This document shows, in pieces, positions 8,942-19,900 of a DNA stretch of 64,000 nucleotides. A program made the position numbers and the translations under genes. A model generated the notes under the pieces. The model searched no databases. It worked only from the letters and a program-made list of their open reading frames with translations, and was not told the origin of the DNA. How positions within the stretch are numbered: the first letter of the stretch is position 1; the number at the start of each line of letters is the position of its first letter. This DNA is from Bacteroidota bacterium (GTDB taxonomy: Bacteria; Bacteroidota; Bacteroidia; Sphingobacteriales; Sphingobacteriaceae). The stretch lies in the NCBI GenBank assembly GCA_013286235.1, contig JABDGE010000010.1, positions 673 to 64,672 of the forward strand, read 5' to 3'.

Positions 8942-8968
8942 AAAAAAAACCCCGCATGTTGCGGGGTT
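8942..8968 (-). terminator. Intrinsic terminator of the OmpA/MotB-like gene
   Basis: Minus strand AACCCCGCA-ACA-TGCGGGGTTTTTTTT. Confidence 0.85.
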
Positions 8969-8997
8969 CCTTCTCATCAAATCATTCTTCTAATTGG

Positions 8998-9867
8998 TTA
9001 GTTGTTTGTATTTGACGTTGGCGCGTCCTTACCGATCAGTGCCATAAACTGATCGAGTTTCGGTGTTATAATAATTTCGGTGCGGCGATTCTGCGATTTA
9101 CCGAAATCGCTGCTGTTATCAGCTATCGGGTTGTATTCGCCCCTGCCGCCGGCAGTGAGCCGTTTGGGATCGACGCTATAGGTGTTTTGCAAGGCCTGAA
9201 CTACAGACGAGGCCCGGAGGCAGCTCAAATCCCAGTTATTCCGGATGTTTTGCTGCGATATCGGTACGTTATCGGTATTGCCCTCGATCAATACATCATA
9301 TGTATTATAATCGTTAATGATCTTCGCTATCTTGGCAAGGGTTGATCCGGCTGTAGGTGAAATCTGGTAATTACCGGATTGATACAGCATATTATCGGAC
9401 AGTGAAATGTACACTACACCCTTCAATACTTTCACATTAACATCCTTAGTTTCATCAGGCGTTAAGGACCGGGTGAGGTTGGCCGTAAGGATCTGGTTCA
9501 GGGAATCGCTTTTGTTTTTAAGATCAACAAGGTGCTGGATATACTTATCGGACGCGGTGATCTGGTCGGCTAACTTAGAGATGTTCACGTTACCCTGGTT
9601 GTTGCCCGCCAAACATTTATTTAGCGCATCCTGCAAACCTACAGCGTTTGCCTTTGCAGCGGCAATGGCATCTTCAAGGCTTTGCACATGCTGCCTTGAT
9701 CCCGCCAGCTCCTGCTGGGTTACCTGGTAGCTTTGCATCAGGTTACGGTTGGTATCCTGGAGGCGGTTGTAGTCGGTTTGCAGCGCGGTATAACGCTTGT
9801 TGCTGACACAACCCTGAGTTGCGACTGCGGCTAATAGAATAACCGGCAGCCATATTCGAATTTTCAT
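8998..9867 (-). CDS. OmpA/MotB-domain lipoprotein with N-terminal coiled coil
   Basis: Lipobox TQGC, coiled coil, EGNTDNVP, NWDLSCLRA, NRRTEIII; ATG at 9867 preferred. Confidence 0.9.
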   Translation of the reverse strand: MKIRIWLPVILLAAVATQGCVSNKRYTALQTDYNRLQDTNRNLMQSYQVTQQELAGSRQHVQSLEDAIAAAKANAVGLQDALNKCLAGNNQGNVNISKLADQITASDKYIQHLVDLKNKSDSLNQILTANLTRSLTPDETKDVNVKVLKGVVYISLSDNMLYQSGNYQISPTAGSTLAKIAKIINDYNTYDVLIEGNTDNVPISQQNIRNNWDLSCLRASSVVQALQNTYSVDPKRLTAGGRGEYNPIADNSSDFGKSQNRRTEIIITPKLDQFMALIGKDAPTSNTNN

Positions 9868-9974
9868 AGGTATTGAATTTGTAAGCAGAGCATGATCCAT
9901 TCATGTTCACTTTGCTCAACAAACCAATGGTTAAAAAGTTTTCTTAAAACGCGGCCCCATAAACGGGATAAAAT

Positions 9975-10003
9975 AAAAAAGGTAGCCGGGCGAACGACTA
10001 CCT
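9975..10003 (-). terminator. Intrinsic terminator
   Basis: AGGTAGTCG-TTCGCC-CGGCTACCT followed by T5. Confidence 0.8.
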
Positions 10004-10050
10004 ATCAAACCAATTATTGTTTACTCAATCTACGACGTTAAGTATTTGAG
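9975..10050 (-). ncRNA. Candidate ~75-nt small RNA
   Basis: Near-consensus -7 box TATCTTTA (10056-10063), 5' hairpin CUCAA..UAC/GUA..UUGAG, single-stranded AAUAAUUGGUUUGA, then a terminator; no ORF. Confidence 0.45.
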
Positions 10051-10288
10051 ATACATAAAGATAGGCCCTAACTAAATCAGCGCACCCAATATCAAAACCG
10101 GTTTAAATTTTTATAAAAAAAATATAAATAAATCAGCCGTTTTTAAATACTAATACACTTGTCATCAACACCTTATAAAACAGAGGCCCGGTTATTTTAT
10201 AGGCTTTTTTATGTGATATTTTAGCTTATGAAAATAAAATTTCACCTATCGACGATAAAACCGGCGCTTAAGCCTGCTTTAAGATGCT

Positions 10289-12325
10289 TTATTGTTTAAC
10301 TGTATACGTTTTTTTGGCCGGGCCAACGCCTGTTATGGTTACCGAGCGCCAATTTGGCGGCAAGGCGCTTTTGATTTGAGCAATACCTTCGGGCGTAATA
10401 TCCAGGCCGCCGAAGCCCATCAGCACGCTTTGCAATATCCCGCCGGCACCTGTGGCAAAGTATGGATTTGTTCCTCCTTTGGTTTCGGCAATCACCCGGA
10501 ACGGCGGGTTGAGATTGGGTTCGTATGCATCTTTGAAATAGTGGTATGCTTTGTCGCCGTTCCCTAACCTGGCGTACAATAAGGCGAATATACCTTCGGT
10601 CATAGCCGGTGTGCCCTCGTTTGGAATCCGGGTTTCATAATATTCCAGGTCTTTCTTTACCTGGGCCTGGTCGGTTATGATGTTCAGCGGATAACCAAGC
10701 AGGTTTACATCGGCTTGCTTGATTCCCTCGCCTTTATAGGTAGCAAATTCTTTGGTAACCCCATCAGGAAACTTCAAAATCGGGATATTTTGGGCGACAA
10801 GCTGCCAGTCGGGATCGGGCGTGAAGCCGAGTAGCTTAGCGGCGGCAGCGGCATTTCGCAGGTTGGCAATCGCTGCCGCATTGGTGAACGCGTTGTTATC
10901 TACGTTTTCGGCCCATTCGTCTGCCGCCACAACTTTATTTATATCGTAATGCCCGGGGTCGTTGCGTTCTACACGGCTCGCCCAAAAGTCGGCGGTGGCT
11001 GAAAGGATGGGCCAGCCTTTTTCGAGCAGCCATTGTTTATCCTGAGTTACGCAATAGTACTGCCATGCTGCCAGTGCCACATCGGCGGTGATATGATGTT
11101 CAAACGGGCCGGTCAATGCCCACACGGGCGTCTCCTCCACCCCATTGTCCGCACTTTCCCATGGGAACATCGCTCCTTTGTAGCCGTGCTCAAATGCGTT
11201 TTGTTTTGCGGCAGCCAGGCGCTGAAAGCGGTATTCCACCATCGACTTTGCTATATCGGGGTGCAAAACCAGCAAGGCCGGGAACATCCACAAGTCGGCA
11301 TCCCAAAAAACGTGTCCATTATAGCCAAGCCCCGACAGGCCCATCGGCGATGGCGAATATGCGGTTCCTGCCCTTGAGAAAGAATAGAGGTGATAAAGCA
11401 TGCTATGGACGTCCTGCTGGGCCTGCGGGTCGCCATCGATTTTGATATCGCTTTTCCAAAGGTCCGCCCAGGCATCGGTATGGTATTGGATCAGCTTATC
11501 GAGACCCTGAATTTTCGCGAATATGGTTAATCGCTCCACCTGGTTTAAGGGATCGGCATCATGGGCCGACGTTATAGATGAGCCCACCAGCCCATATCTA
11601 TAGGTTTGCCCGGCAGGAATATCCTTACTGAACTGCATCCAGTGCATATCGTTGGCCTCCATCTGGTGCATCATGTGCGGTTGCTGTTCCGCCGGCTCGT
11701 TAAACATAAAAGTGGTCGAAGCACAAAGCTGTAATTTGCCGGTCGGGCTTTTTGCCATGGAGGTGAGCAGGCTGATCCTCCCCTGCGATCCGGCCACCTC
11801 GTTGAAGTAATTTTGCACGTCCCTTAAGTCCTCCGGGGTTTGCATAGTGCTGGAACATGAGATGGAGATTTTCTTTTTCGCGACAATCGAAATATCCATC
11901 AGCACGGTAAAGGGCAACTGCCTTAACGCATAATAAGTGTACTTTACAGATGCAAGGTCGCCGAAATCAAATGTCGTGGTGAAAGCGGCGTGCTGCATAT
12001 CCAACTGCTGCTTAAAATTGCTAATATTGCCGGCTTCGATATCCCGCCCATTGATTTGCAGGGACATGTTCAACAGGTTAAAGCTATTCAGGAAGTTGCT
12101 TACCCTTCCCCTGCCGTACAGATCATATGCGCCGGCAAGTACAACGCTCTTTACCGTAAACGGTTCCGGCGCCGAAACAACGCCTATCATTCCGTTGGCT
12201 ACGGTTATGCCGTAGTAATTTGATGGATCGATCTTATCGGCTTTGATGATCCATTCGTCCTGGGCGCGCAGGGAACTACTAAAAAAAACACCCGCGCATA
12301 GCAATGCAGCATAAAGTTTGTTCAT
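10289..12325 (-). CDS. Glycoside hydrolase family 65, hydrolase-type (acid trehalase/kojibiose hydrolase/PGGHG-like), secreted
   Basis: Signal peptide; GYNGHVFWD, AADEW acid Glu, KQAD; TPAMT in place of the phosphorylase HDSSLS-type motif; FATGAGG. Confidence 0.9.
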   Translation of the reverse strand: MNKLYAALLCAGVFFSSSLRAQDEWIIKADKIDPSNYYGITVANGMIGVVSAPEPFTVKSVVLAGAYDLYGRGRVSNFLNSFNLLNMSLQINGRDIEAGNISNFKQQLDMQHAAFTTTFDFGDLASVKYTYYALRQLPFTVLMDISIVAKKKISISCSSTMQTPEDLRDVQNYFNEVAGSQGRISLLTSMAKSPTGKLQLCASTTFMFNEPAEQQPHMMHQMEANDMHWMQFSKDIPAGQTYRYGLVGSSITSAHDADPLNQVERLTIFAKIQGLDKLIQYHTDAWADLWKSDIKIDGDPQAQQDVHSMLYHLYSFSRAGTAYSPSPMGLSGLGYNGHVFWDADLWMFPALLVLHPDIAKSMVEYRFQRLAAAKQNAFEHGYKGAMFPWESADNGVEETPVWALTGPFEHHITADVALAAWQYYCVTQDKQWLLEKGWPILSATADFWASRVERNDPGHYDINKVVAADEWAENVDNNAFTNAAAIANLRNAAAAAKLLGFTPDPDWQLVAQNIPILKFPDGVTKEFATYKGEGIKQADVNLLGYPLNIITDQAQVKKDLEYYETRIPNEGTPAMTEGIFALLYARLGNGDKAYHYFKDAYEPNLNPPFRVIAETKGGTNPYFATGAGGILQSVLMGFGGLDITPEGIAQIKSALPPNWRSVTITGVGPAKKTYTVKQ

Positions 12326-15300
12326 TTCTGGTTGGTTGGTTTAAAAAATTTGATTGCACTATTGTTAACGGCAACGGCATAAATGGTTCCCTTTGCGGTT
12401 TTTATGGCCTTGATATCGCGCACTTCGCCACGTAATAAAAATCCGGCTGTCACCGGTGATTCCGGGGTGAAGTTCCCATCTTTATCCACCGAAAGCACAT
12501 CGCCGTAATCCGCGTCATACCTGCCTTCGAAAGGAAGCACACCATAAAAATTACCGCCTGCCAATATCTCTCTGAACGGCGTTGACAAGGCGGTAAAACC
12601 AAATAGGGGCGCCATTTGGGCGGACGAGGGGAAAGGTTTGAATGCGAATTTGCCGCCGCCTTTGTTATAAAAAACGCCTGAAGAGAAACAGTTAACCGTT
12701 AAAGGATGGGTGTCGGTTAATGAGTCGCCAAAAATCTGCTGCACCGTTTTACCGGAAAAATCGTAGTAAGTTGCGAATTTCTTTTTGATGCCGGGGAGGC
12801 GCTTCTCAAGGTCGCCTTTGCCAAGGAAGGAGTAGTCCTGTTGGTTGACGCTATAGGTGAGCAGCGGATCCACGGCGCCATTTTTGTCGAGATCCGAAAG
12901 GAACAGTTTCACAGGGTCCTGGCTGGTTGGTTTTAGCTTTGAGTTCCAGCCATAATTTCCCGCGATGATGTCCACTTTGCCGTCGCCGTTCACATCTGCC
13001 AAGGTAATACGCTGCCACCAGCCGGTGAGTTTGTTGAGCGCCGGGTCATGCAATTCAACAAATTTGCCGTGTTTATTCATGAAGACCTTAACCGGCATCC
13101 ATTCACCTGCCACCACCAGGTCGGGCCAGCCGTCCCCATCGAGATCGGCAAAAGCTGCCGAGCGAATCATGCCGGCGTACTTCAATTCGTCGGGCAGCTG
13201 TGCTTTTTGATAATGGCCATGCCCATCGTTCATTAACAAATATGATTCGGGTATTTTTCCAAAATCAACAGGATCCGGGGCACCGCCAACAAAAATATCG
13301 GGGAAGCCACCATGGTTTACATCGGCAACCGCTACCGCCGATTTATTCAATTTAATGGAAGGAATGGCATCGGAACTCTTAAAATTTCCCTTGCCATCGT
13401 TTATATAAAGCCGGTCGGCCAGTTCCGGGGAGCCGTTCCGCAATTCGTTACCGCCGCTTACCACATACAGATCGGGGAAACCATCGTTGTTGACATCCAG
13501 GAAAACGGCGTCGACATCCTCGCAGTTTTTATCGGCTACAAAATCGGGCTGGGTCGACATTTTAAAGCCGCCGCCTGGTTGCTGAATAAACAGCGCGCCA
13601 GGCTGCCCCTTTGCGCCGCAAATATAAAAATCGTCAAGACCATCGTGGTTTACGTCGGCCACCGCCATCCTGGGCCCTTCAGTTGAAAGCATGTGCGGGA
13701 TAAAGGGCTCGTTATAAAAATCCACATAACCGTCCTCTTTGTGTTTCCAGTTTAGCCCGATTTCGGAAGTTATATCCTTGAAAGCTGGTGGCGGAACCGG
13801 AAAAAAGCGATGGCGGTCAAAACGGCCTGCGGCGCCCTGCTGATCTACCAGCAACGTTTGGTTCGTCCTTATGTTTTTTACAAGCTGCCAGGATTGATCG
13901 GGCCACACGATCAGCAAACTGTCGACTTTATGGCTGCCGCCCAAACCGAAGTGCAATTTCGGCTCTACGGAAGACTCAAAGCCTCGGGTGAGCATCAGCT
14001 CCTCGTATTGCATTTGCCCGCCGCAAAAAACGTAGGCTTTTGTGCCAATCCCAAAAATGTTATCCTGTCGCCCTCTAAATTTAAGACTAAGGTAATGGCT
14101 GCCTGTGTTTGTGTTTTTGTATATACGGGCAGTTTGGTCCAGGTTGTTGGTCACGAGGTCGAGATTGCCGTCGTTATTAAGGTCGGCGTAAGCCGCGCCG
14201 TTTGACAGTGTGGTGTCGCTGAATCCCCACCGGGCGCTTTTATCGATAAATTTTTCGCTTTTTGTCCCCTTGAAAATGTAGTTATGCGCGAATCCGGTTG
14301 GCATTTTTTCGACGGCGAGATTATCCATTCCATGGCCGCTCTGAAGGCCGCCCTGTACAGAAATATTTGAAATAAAGCTAACGAAGTCCATATCCGTCGG
14401 CCTGCGCTTAATCCCATTTGCTACGAACAGATCTTTAATGCCATCGTTATCAAAGTCGGCCAGCAGGGGACTCCAGCTCCAATCGGTCGCTGCAATCCCG
14501 TCCATCAACCCCACATCGCTAAAGGCTTCGCCATTGCCCAGGTTTTTTTGCAATGCATTTCGCGAATACTGGTACTGGAAACCACCATGTAATATTTTAG
14601 CCTGGTACTGGTCGTAGGTCTCGTCTCCGAGGTAGCTTTTTAGTGTCTTTTCGTCTTCGGGCAGCATATCCGCCGTGACGACGTCGAGTTGCCCGTCGTT
14701 ATTAAAGTCGGCAATATCATTGCCCATGCTGAAGCGGCTGTAATGGCTAAAATGTTTGGCGCCCGACTCGGTGAAGGTTCCGTCGTGGTTGTTGATGTAA
14801 TAATAATCGTTTTCATGAAAGTCGTTGCCTTCATAAATATCGTCCCATCCATCATTGTTTAAGTCGCCAATCGCTATGCCGAGACCGTATCCCAGGGCGC
14901 TGCTGTAAATCCCGGATTTTTCTGTCACGTCGGTAAAATGGCCCCCGGTATTTTTGAACAAGCGGCTGCCGGCAAGCTTATTCGGTTTCCGGCGCAGGCT
15001 GGTATCGCCGTAGGTATCGACCGAATGATTCGATTGATTGAGTAAAAAACAATCCAGCTTACCATCGTGGTCATAGTCAAAAAAGGCAGCCTGGGTGGAG
15101 AACCCGGAAAAATCCAACCCGTATTTGGCCGACTCTTCGGTAAATGTTCCATCGTGGTTGTTGATGTAAAGCATGTTGTGCCCCTTAAAGCCCAACTTGC
15201 CCGAAATGCAGCAAACGTAAATATCAAGGTAGCCATCGTTATTTACATCCACCATGGTGACCCCGGTACACCAATCGGCGTCGCCGGCCACCCCGGCTTT

Positions 15301-15639
15301 TTGCGTGATGTCTTCAAACTGGTAATTCCCTTTGTTGAGGTAGAGTTTGTTGCCGCCTTTTTTGTTGGATGTAAAAAAAACGTCGGGCAGGCCGTCGTTG
15401 TTGATGTCGCCTATCGCCACACCACCTCCATTGTAAAAGTACAGGTAATTCAGAATGCCGGGGTAATCGTCGTCTGCTAAACTGTTTTTAAAGTGAATAT
15501 TGGTTTGGGTTGAGTCGAGCAATTGGAACATGGGAGGTTCGCTTGCCTTTTGGGTACAGGCGCTCAAACTAATGATGCAGGCAACGACGAATGGCAGGAA
15601 TTTTCCGAATGGTTTTAACCTAAAAAAGGGGGCATTCAT
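12322..15639 (-). CDS. FG-GAP/VCBS-repeat and ASPIC/UnbV (CRTAC1-like) lipoprotein, copy 1
   Basis: Lipobox LSAC, YFYNGGGVAIGDINNDG, many DxN/DxDG Ca-binding repeats, TRGFESSVEPKLHFGLG and IVWP UnbV motif. Confidence 0.9.
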   Translation of the reverse strand: MNAPFFRLKPFGKFLPFVVACIISLSACTQKASEPPMFQLLDSTQTNIHFKNSLADDDYPGILNYLYFYNGGGVAIGDINNDGLPDVFFTSNKKGGNKLYLNKGNYQFEDITQKAGVAGDADWCTGVTMVDVNNDGYLDIYVCCISGKLGFKGHNMLYINNHDGTFTEESAKYGLDFSGFSTQAAFFDYDHDGKLDCFLLNQSNHSVDTYGDTSLRRKPNKLAGSRLFKNTGGHFTDVTEKSGIYSSALGYGLGIAIGDLNNDGWDDIYEGNDFHENDYYYINNHDGTFTESGAKHFSHYSRFSMGNDIADFNNDGQLDVVTADMLPEDEKTLKSYLGDETYDQYQAKILHGGFQYQYSRNALQKNLGNGEAFSDVGLMDGIAATDWSWSPLLADFDNDGIKDLFVANGIKRRPTDMDFVSFISNISVQGGLQSGHGMDNLAVEKMPTGFAHNYIFKGTKSEKFIDKSARWGFSDTTLSNGAAYADLNNDGNLDLVTNNLDQTARIYKNTNTGSHYLSLKFRGRQDNIFGIGTKAYVFCGGQMQYEELMLTRGFESSVEPKLHFGLGGSHKVDSLLIVWPDQSWQLVKNIRTNQTLLVDQQGAAGRFDRHRFFPVPPPAFKDITSEIGLNWKHKEDGYVDFYNEPFIPHMLSTEGPRMAVADVNHDGLDDFYICGAKGQPGALFIQQPGGGFKMSTQPDFVADKNCEDVDAVFLDVNNDGFPDLYVVSGGNELRNGSPELADRLYINDGKGNFKSSDAIPSIKLNKSAVAVADVNHGGFPDIFVGGAPDPVDFGKIPESYLLMNDGHGHYQKAQLPDELKYAGMIRSAAFADLDGDGWPDLVVAGEWMPVKVFMNKHGKFVELHDPALNKLTGWWQRITLADVNGDGKVDIIAGNYGWNSKLKPTSQDPVKLFLSDLDKNGAVDPLLTYSVNQQDYSFLGKGDLEKRLPGIKKKFATYYDFSGKTVQQIFGDSLTDTHPLTVNCFSSGVFYNKGGGKFAFKPFPSSAQMAPLFGFTALSTPFREILAGGNFYGVLPFEGRYDADYGDVLSVDKDGNFTPESPVTAGFLLRGEVRDIKAIKTAKGTIYAVAVNNSAIKFFKPTNQK

Positions 15640-15861
15640 TGATTGATCAAATAAAAAACAGCCGTGTATCCCGGCCCTATTTCATGCGCCGCATCAACAA
15701 ACACACAGGCTCATTTTCTGTAAATATGATTTATTAACCGGAGTGGAAATTTAGCATATTTAACGCTAAGTTCAAAGGCAAAGCAACCAATTAATATGTC
15801 GTTTTTTTGAGCAAAATGGGCTTTTTTAGTAAATTTACACCCCATTACGACCTATTTATTA

Positions 15862-16827
15862 ATGAAGAAAAAAATTATTTTATTCGTCCCGGTCTTAGTA
15901 ATAATTGCTGCCTTTTTTATACCGTTCAATCAACAAAAAACCGTTTTAATTAAAGCTCCTTTTTTAAATACCTACAGCCTGCTGGCCAATCCGGCAACAT
16001 GGGAAAAGTGGCGGCCTGATCTGAGAAAAGTCATGACCACCGATTCCAATGAAATTTCCGTGAAGAAAGACTCCAGTTCCTTTCTTATCAAAAATCAAAA
16101 CCACATATTGGAAGTAAAATATAAAGCGAATACGTTTGAAATTGCTGAAACCTCAAGTGGAAGGAACTCAAGTTACCGGTATTCGCTTCTTCCTGTTGCC
16201 GATAAGTTGTTGAATAAAACAATAATAGTTGCTGATGACAACACTACTGTGTTAAATTATTTGATCGGGGTGTTTTGGACATCGTCTATCACGAACACCC
16301 ATATAGATGACTTTAAAAACTTCATGGAAACGGATAGTTTACGTTACGGGTTCAAAATTTTTAAGACGGGTGTACCTGAAAATAACCTCCTGGTAATGGA
16401 GAGGGAGGTTTCGGAAAAGGATAAATTTACTGCCGCGGCAAAAATACTGGCAACGTTAGTGCAATATATTCAAGCTAATAACATTAAACAAATGCAACCG
16501 CTAATTGCACAGTTTTATGAAAATGTCAGAGACTCGGTACACGTTAAGGTGGGATTTTTTATAAATAAGGAAATTAAACCCGGCAATGGGATCCTATATA
16601 ACCAGATGCCAAAAGGGGCTCCGCTTTACGCCGCCAAATTCAGGGGTGTATTTTCAAAAAGAGGCGAAGCAGCCGAAGCGCTTAAGCAATATTTTGCCGA
16701 TCATTCCCACCAGATGGTGCTTTTACCTTTTGAAACCTACCTAAATAACAAACTCCCTGTTAGTGATAACGATACCGTTAATATTCAGGTGAATTTGGGC
16801 ACGTTCCCGGCAGGGGCAGCGAAGTAA
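15862..16827 (+). CDS. Membrane-anchored SRPBCC and GyrI-like effector-binding protein
   Basis: N-terminal TM, WEKWRP, C-terminal AAKFRG...LPFETYL GyrI-like pattern. Confidence 0.65.
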   Translation: MKKKIILFVPVLVIIAAFFIPFNQQKTVLIKAPFLNTYSLLANPATWEKWRPDLRKVMTTDSNEISVKKDSSSFLIKNQNHILEVKYKANTFEIAETSSGRNSSYRYSLLPVADKLLNKTIIVADDNTTVLNYLIGVFWTSSITNTHIDDFKNFMETDSLRYGFKIFKTGVPENNLLVMEREVSEKDKFTAAAKILATLVQYIQANNIKQMQPLIAQFYENVRDSVHVKVGFFINKEIKPGNGILYNQMPKGAPLYAAKFRGVFSKRGEAAEALKQYFADHSHQMVLLPFETYLNNKLPVSDNDTVNIQVNLGTFPAGAAK

Positions 16828-16845
16828 GAGCTTATCACCGACGCT

Positions 16846-16906
16846 GGGCTTCACGGGGCACAGGGCTTCACCTTGTGTTGATATATTGTGCCCCCCCTTC
16901 GGGGCT
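16846..16906. repeat. Degenerate REP-type element
   Basis: Duplicated GGGCTTCAC, CACAGGGCTTCACCTTGTG hairpin and terminal CCCCTTCGGGGCT palindrome between convergent genes. Confidence 0.5.
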
Positions 16907-16928
16907 GTGAAGATGGCTGTAGACTGCT

Positions 16929-19900
16929 TTAATTTCTTTTAAACAATTGCAAGGCGTCGTTATTACGCGCCACGATTATTTCCTTGCCGCTTTTGGTATC
17001 GATGGGGGCGATATCACGCACCTCGCCCTTTATAAAGAGACCGCTGTTTGCAGGCGGCAAATAATCAAACCAATGGTTGGAATTCCCCAATAAAGTGACG
17101 CCGAAACTTGCATCGTACCTGCCCACCTCGGGTTTTAGCGCGTAAAAATTACCTCCCAGGAAGATGTCTTTTATCCCATCGTTATTCACGTCGGCAACGA
17201 GTATGCTATAAACCTCCGAAAACTGCGCCCTGACTGGCAGCGGCTTCATTGTGAAATTTCCCTTACCGTCATTGTAAAACACACAGGTTTGTGTTTGCTT
17301 CACTGTGAGAACAGAAGCTTTATCGAGCTCGCCCTGCGTAAAAATATCTTCAATGCTTTTGCCGGCATAGTCATCGTAACGCGGGAATTTCGCCTCCAGG
17401 TAAGGCAGCTGTTTCATGATATCGTCGTACATATTAAAAGGGTACGCTTTCCCGTCGGTTTTATAATAAACAGGGATGCATTCCACTTGCCCGGTGTTGC
17501 CAAAATCGGATACGTAGAGTTTGGCCGGATGGTCGGGATCGGCCTTAATTTTTGAGTTAAGCCCCCTATTGCCTGCAACCAGGTCGGGCTTTCCATCGCC
17601 ATTCAGATCGGCAACAGTGAGGCAGTTCCACCAGCCGGCCGAGTTCGCGATCTCTCCGGTTTTGGTCAATTTACCGTTAACATATTTGAGGATGGTTACT
17701 GGCATCCAATCGCCGACTACTATCAGGGCGTTTTTCCCCGAACCATCGATATCCGCCCATTGTGCATCGGTGACCATCCCCAGGTTTTGCAACTCGGGCG
17801 CCACGGTTGCCGTTATATCGGTAAAGTTTCCGTGCCCGTCGTTACGTAAAAGCTTGCTCGGGGGGATTACCCCATATGCCCCCGGCACACTGCGCGCCCC
17901 AATAAACAGATCGCCGTTATCCTTGTTCAAGCGGACACACGAGGCATTGATGGAAACAGGCGGCCAACCAATAAAACGGCGTGTGAAATTTCCCTTGCCA
18001 TCGTTCTGATAATAACGCGCAAGCAAATTAAGCGAGCCTTCTTTTTCCATATTTCCGCCTGAAACAACAATCAGGTCCTGCTTCCCGGTGTGTGTGGCAT
18101 CCAAAAATAGTGCGCCGATGCCTTCGCTGCCCTTATCCTGTTCAAAAGCAAATTCTTTTTTCTGCACAAATGTCCCGTTCGGCTGTTGAATGAAAAGTTT
18201 AGCGGTGTCGCCGGTAGCCCCGCCCATAAAAAAATCTTCCAGCCCGTCTCCATTAACATCGGCGACTGCGAGTTTCGGTCCTTCGGTCGAAAGCATTTTA
18301 GGGATCAGCCGTTGGTCGTCAAAATCTTTATAGTCATTTTCCTTATGGGCGATGTCGCCGGTAAATGAGGTCGCTGTAACGTTTTTATAAAGCGGCTTTG
18401 TTTTGTTTACGGGAGGTACAAAATCTGTTTTTGCCTCCGATTCCTTTAATGTGATAGCCTGGTTGGTCGCAATATTTCGCAACACCTGCATTTTCATATT
18501 GGGCCACACTACTTTCAAGCTGTCTACTTTCTTGTATTTTCCGGTGCCGAAATTTAACACCGGTTCACTACTGCTTTGAAAACCCCGGGTAGGCTGCTGT
18601 TCCAGCAACTGCTGCATGCCATTTGTATAAATTGTAACTTTTGCACCAATCCCGAAGGTATTCATGCCGACGCCCTTCAAATTTATTTTAAGGTAATGGG
18701 CAAGTGTCCGTTCCGACGTCATGTTCCGGTAAATAAAGGCTTCCCCATTTTCATTATTCACCACGAGATCAAGATCGCCGTCACCATCAAGGTCGCCATA
18801 GGCGGCGCCATTGCTAAAAGCAGGCGTAGAAAAGCCGAGCGATGCACTTTCATTCTTAAACTGCAGGTCCTTTTGGTTGATAAAGCCATAGCTGGTAATG
18901 GGCGTTTTGGGTATTTTATCTAAAAACGTTTTCGCCTTAAACCCGGTTTGCTTAATTTCATTCTTCGTCTGTTCGCTGCCGAAATACCTCAGAAAATCCT
19001 GGTTGGTGAGGTCACGGCTAATCCCGTTACTTACAAAAATATCCTTCCAGCCGTCGTTATTGAAATCAAAGATCAGCGCTCCCCAACTCCAGTCGGTTGC
19101 GTTTATGCCGGCGAGATCGGCTATTTCACTAAAGGTGCCATCACCGTTGTTCAGCTGTAAACAGTTTTTTGTAAACTGGTGATGAAACTCGCCTTTCAGC
19201 TTTGCGTTAAAAACATCGTATTCGTCAAATTTAGTAGTGGTTTTCAGCCGGTAGTCGTCTTCGGGCAGCATGTCGGTAGTGAAAATATCCGGCAGCCCAT
19301 CGTTATTAATATCCGCAATATCCGAACCCATGGATGATAAGCTCATGTGCATGATATCATCATCGCTTACATCTTTAAACTTACCGTTATGAAGGTTTTG
19401 GTAAAGGTAGTCGTGCTCAAAAAAGTCGTTTGATACATACATATCGTCCCACCCTGTATTAAACAAATCCGCCGCACCGATGCCGAGGCCAAAGCCAATT
19501 TCGCTGCCGTAAATTCCCGCTTCAGCGCTCACGTCCACAAACTGTCCGTGACCGTCGTTGTGGTACAACCTGTCGCCATTCAACGGATCGCGAACGTTAC
19601 GCAAACTGCGGTTAAACCCAAAGCTCGCTATCGGCCGGTAACTGTTATTCAATACAAAACAGTCGAGGTAACCATCGTGATCGTAATCAAAAAAGATCGC
19701 CTGGGTAGACAGACCCTTATCGGCCAGCCCGTATTCGGCGGCCTCTTCTTTAAAGGTGCCGTCATGTTGATTGATGTAGAGTTCATTCGCCCGGTCGGCG
19801 CTGCCCAAACCACCGGCATTGCTGATGTAAATATCCAGCCAGCCATCGCCGTTGATATCTACCATGGTTACGCCTGTATGCCAGCGATGGTACTTATTTA

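Noticed and set aside
8998-9867. Flagellar stator MotB
   Set aside because: It has a lipoprotein signal rather than the MotB TM helix with the conserved Asp, and there is no motA or flagellar gene.
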